DNA from: Minisyncoccales bacterium | GTDB taxonomy: Bacteria > Patescibacteriota > Minisyncoccia > Minisyncoccales > JAGMDC01 | Assembly (NCBI GenBank): GCA_049642725.1 | Contig: JBARPC010000005.1 | Span: 1 to 47,507 of the forward strand | Length of the DNA stretch: 47,507 nt | Reading direction: 5' to 3' | The notes under the pieces: model-generated | Seen by the model: the letters and a program-made list of their open reading frames with translations, nothing else | Databases searched by the model: none | What the model was told of the DNA's origin: nothing | Made by a program: the position numbers and the translations under genes | Shown here: one piece after another, positions 45,369 to 47,507 of the stretch | Layout: each line of letters starts with the position of its first letter | How positions within the stretch are numbered: the stretch's first letter is position 1

Positions 45369-45650
45369 ATGACTACAACTACTTCAGATAAAACTCAGGC
45401 CAAAGCTATAGAAGAATTGCTGGAAATGGCAAAAACCTGGGGAGAAGAACCAGGCAAGATTCAGCATGCTATTGAAACTTATGAGAGGGTAATAGGAATT
45501 GACCCGGAAAGCAAAGAAGCAGAGCGGGCTAGAGAAGCCCTGCTTGAAATAGCCAAAAGGTTTGAAAAGGAAGGAAAAAAATATTCAGCTTATTATCTTT
45601 ATCAAAAAATAGGTTATGGAAGAGAGGGCATGTCTAAAAGACCTGTTTAA
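45369..45650 (+). CDS. Hypothetical helical protein
   Basis: 93-aa ORF preceded by a hairpin + AAGGTCGAA motif. Confidence 0.4.
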   Translation: MTTTTSDKTQAKAIEELLEMAKTWGEEPGKIQHAIETYERVIGIDPESKEAERAREALLEIAKRFEKEGKKYSAYYLYQKIGYGREGMSKRPV

Positions 45651-45734
45651 TTAGAGCTAAAGTAAAATTTTTTATTTAGCTAGTTATACTACTAAATTTA
45701 TATTAGATTAATTTAACTTTTTTGGTTAAAGAAA

Positions 45735-45950
45735 ATGCCCATCCAAGTAAAAACAATGAGAGATATTTGGGATAAAGGAAAAGAAAAAAAGGAAGTAAAA
45801 AAGTATAAAACTCTTCCGCCAAAGATCGAGAAGTATTACCTTGAGTATTTGGCCAGAAAGAAAGCATTCTTGGAGACAAAAGATGAAATAGTTAAAGCTT
45901 TTTCCGAACACGAAAAGAAGTTAGGAGAGGCTGGATTCTCAAAGATTTAG
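45735..45950 (+). CDS. Small hypothetical protein
   Basis: 71 aa and lysine-rich. Confidence 0.3.
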   Translation: MPIQVKTMRDIWDKGKEKKEVKKYKTLPPKIEKYYLEYLARKKAFLETKDEIVKAFSEHEKKLGEAGFSKI

Positions 45951-45995
45951 TAAACCACGTTAGAGATTCATCTCTAAACGGGGTAAAGAAGAAAT

Positions 45996-46565
45996 ATGCC
46001 AAAAGAGAAAAATTTAATTAAAGTAGCTGAGCCCCGGGTTCAAAAAATAAATATTAAAAAAAGACGGAGCAGAAAGAAGCCGGAGATTGAGTTTAAATCA
46101 ATTAGGAAGTTTTTAGTTTCAATTATTATTCTATTGGCTATTCTTTTATTGCTTGAATCAACCCAAATTTTTTTACAATTCAAAAAAACTATTGTTCAGC
46201 GTCCGGTATATATGGCGGAAGGACAACCAATTGATATCGATGCTTATTTGCGCGAGTATTTTGTCAATACAATTCCTAAAAAGATAATGTATGTGACGGT
46301 TACTGCCTATTCAAGTACAAATGGCCAAACTGATGGAACCCCTTACTTAACTGCCATTGGTACTCCAGTTCGCGATGGGATAATAGCCGCAAATTTTTTA
46401 CCAATAGGGACGGTGGTCCGTTTGCCGGATAAATTTGGAGAAAAACTTTTTGTGGTAGAAGATCGAATGCACGAAAAATATGGCCTTCAGATTGATATCT
46501 GGATGTCTGCGCAGGAAGAAGCAAAAAAATTTGGTATTCAATATTTAAAAATGGAGATTTTTTAA
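45996..46565 (+). CDS. 3D-domain protein (MltA/YuiC-like, putative cell-wall-binding or lytic) with N-terminal membrane anchor
   Basis: VTVTAYSSTNGQTDGTPYLTAIGTPVRDGIIAANFLPIGTVVRLPDKFGEKLFVVEDRMHEKYGLQIDIW. Confidence 0.55.
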   Translation: MPKEKNLIKVAEPRVQKINIKKRRSRKKPEIEFKSIRKFLVSIIILLAILLLLESTQIFLQFKKTIVQRPVYMAEGQPIDIDAYLREYFVNTIPKKIMYVTVTAYSSTNGQTDGTPYLTAIGTPVRDGIIAANFLPIGTVVRLPDKFGEKLFVVEDRMHEKYGLQIDIWMSAQEEAKKFGIQYLKMEIF

Positions 46566-46697
46566 AGTTTAGTTTTAATTTTATAAATTTTTGACTCCTT
46601 GACGAAGTTTTTTATTACTGCTGGAAAATTTGATTTAGCTTATAGGTAGTTTCTGGATAAAAATTAAACTTGTTGTTTAAGCCAAAATGGAACGCTT

Positions 46698-46876
46698 CAC
46701 TGTTCCATTCGGAACACTCCCTTTCCGTGTTCCATTTGTCTCATTTTAGCTTCAAAACACCCTGATTTATCCGTCCGAAGCTTTAGCGGAGGAGGACTGA
46801 GACGCGTTAATGAGACACCCTGAAAACCGCCCAATTTCCCTTTAAAATCTTGGTTCTAGACCGAGGATGCCTGCAA
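46698..46876 (+). repeat. Partial, diverged copy of the 28.6-kb structured repeat (right flank of the gvp island)
   Basis: Two blocks are shared with 28712-28772 (ctgttccattYggaacac...ttttagcttcaaaa) and 28821-28857 (cccttWaaaatctYggttctRgaccgagg...ctgc). Confidence 0.7.
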
Positions 46877-46992
46877 ATTATTTTTTTGAACTCAAATTTT
46901 ACTAACCCATCGTGGACGTTAGAACTTTTTGTTTTCGGACTTGACTTTTTATTTTAAAAATATAAACTGGAAATAGTAAAAAATATGGAGAG

Positions 46993-47268
46993 ATGATAGA
47001 AATGATAGAACCCAAGAAAGGAATGACTTTTAGTATTTCCGAAATAGAGGTAAAGAAGCTCGATGCATGGTTAGAGCAACATGATAAATCTTGTCGCTTC
47101 GCTATGTTGAGACATGAGAGTGTGGTTAAAATGCCAGACGAAAACAGACCAGCGATTATGGAAAGTGGTTTGTCTTATTCCTTCAAGCCAACCTCAATAG
47201 GTAACGTCATTGTAGTCGAATGCAAATGCGGCGAAGAATGTAATATAACCGATTACGAAAGTTGGTAA
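46993..47268 (+). CDS. Hypothetical protein
   Basis: 91-aa ORF with a CKCGEEC motif. Confidence 0.35.
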   Translation: MIEMIEPKKGMTFSISEIEVKKLDAWLEQHDKSCRFAMLRHESVVKMPDENRPAIMESGLSYSFKPTSIGNVIVVECKCGEECNITDYESW

Positions 47269-47354
47269 TTTTTTTCAATGTGGTGCGATGATATCAAACC
47301 ACTCTTTTTTTATTTAAAAAACACCACTAGGTCTGTCCTCGCTCTGTTTTTGTA

Positions 47355-47398
47355 AAAGAGAAAAAGGTGTCAGTGTAAAAGAGAAAAAGGTGTCAGGA
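47355..47398. repeat. Tandem 22-bp direct repeat gtaaaagagaaaaaggtgtcag x2
   Basis: Seen directly upstream of the partial gene at the window end. Confidence 0.8.
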
Positions 47399-47433
47399 AC
47401 CTTTTTCTCAAAATTATATAAAAAAAGAAATCA

Positions 47434-47507
47434 AAACACGCAATGAATTCCGAAAACAATAAAACACTTTTTATTTTTGTTGACGAATCTGGTAATTTTG
47501 ATTTTAG
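47434..47507 (+). CDS. Partial CDS running off the window (N-terminal LFIFVDESGNFDF, DUF3800-like)
   Basis: ATG followed by an open frame to the window edge. The DUF3800 assignment is from memory. Confidence 0.3.

Overview
This is an AT-rich window (about 47.5 kb) that looks like a small-genome, possibly CPR/Patescibacteria-like, bacterium. That lineage call is my inference from gene style and bacterial-type tRNAs; no taxonomy tool was run. The window has three parts.

(1) 1-10 kb, housekeeping core: KH protein, trmD, tRNA-Tyr, GIY-YIG nuclease, tRNA-Thr, rpmG and tRNA-Trp. Cassette-like inserts (nucleotidyltransferase-like, HIT) are each bounded by a direct copy of the rpmG 3' end. After these come a ToxR-like membrane regulator and zinc-ribbon/transglutaminase-like surface proteins.

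(2) About 10.7-28.9 kb, a mobile/defence block. It is bracketed by a 24-bp direct repeat and carries a large serine recombinase, terminase large and small subunits, a ParB-methyltransferase fusion and an excisionase-like HTH, with no virion structural genes. Next come a type IIG RM enzyme, then HNH, HhH-GPD-glycosylase-like, PIN, Pif1-helicase and several unknown genes. Fossil C-terminal methylase stubs mark cassette junctions.

(3) About 29-46.6 kb, a compositionally distinct gas-vesicle (gvp) island. It has GvpA, GvpN, three GvpF/L, GvpG, GvpO and GvpJ/K/M-like proteins, interleaved with atypical partners. These are a Cdc48-like double AAA+ ATPase, Hsp20, a DnaJ-type zinc finger, a J-domain fused to a GvpF/L, a tandem ArsA/GET3-like ATPase, an actin-like ATPase, two wHTH regulators and coiled-coil paralogues. 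The island is flanked by imperfect direct repeats of about 150-250 bp (28.6 kb and 46.7 kb). The left copy has a tRNA-like CCA 3' end followed by a trailer that is also found behind tRNA-Trp.

I found no rRNA genes and no CRISPR array. All calls come from reading the sequence and ORF translations, and no database search was run.
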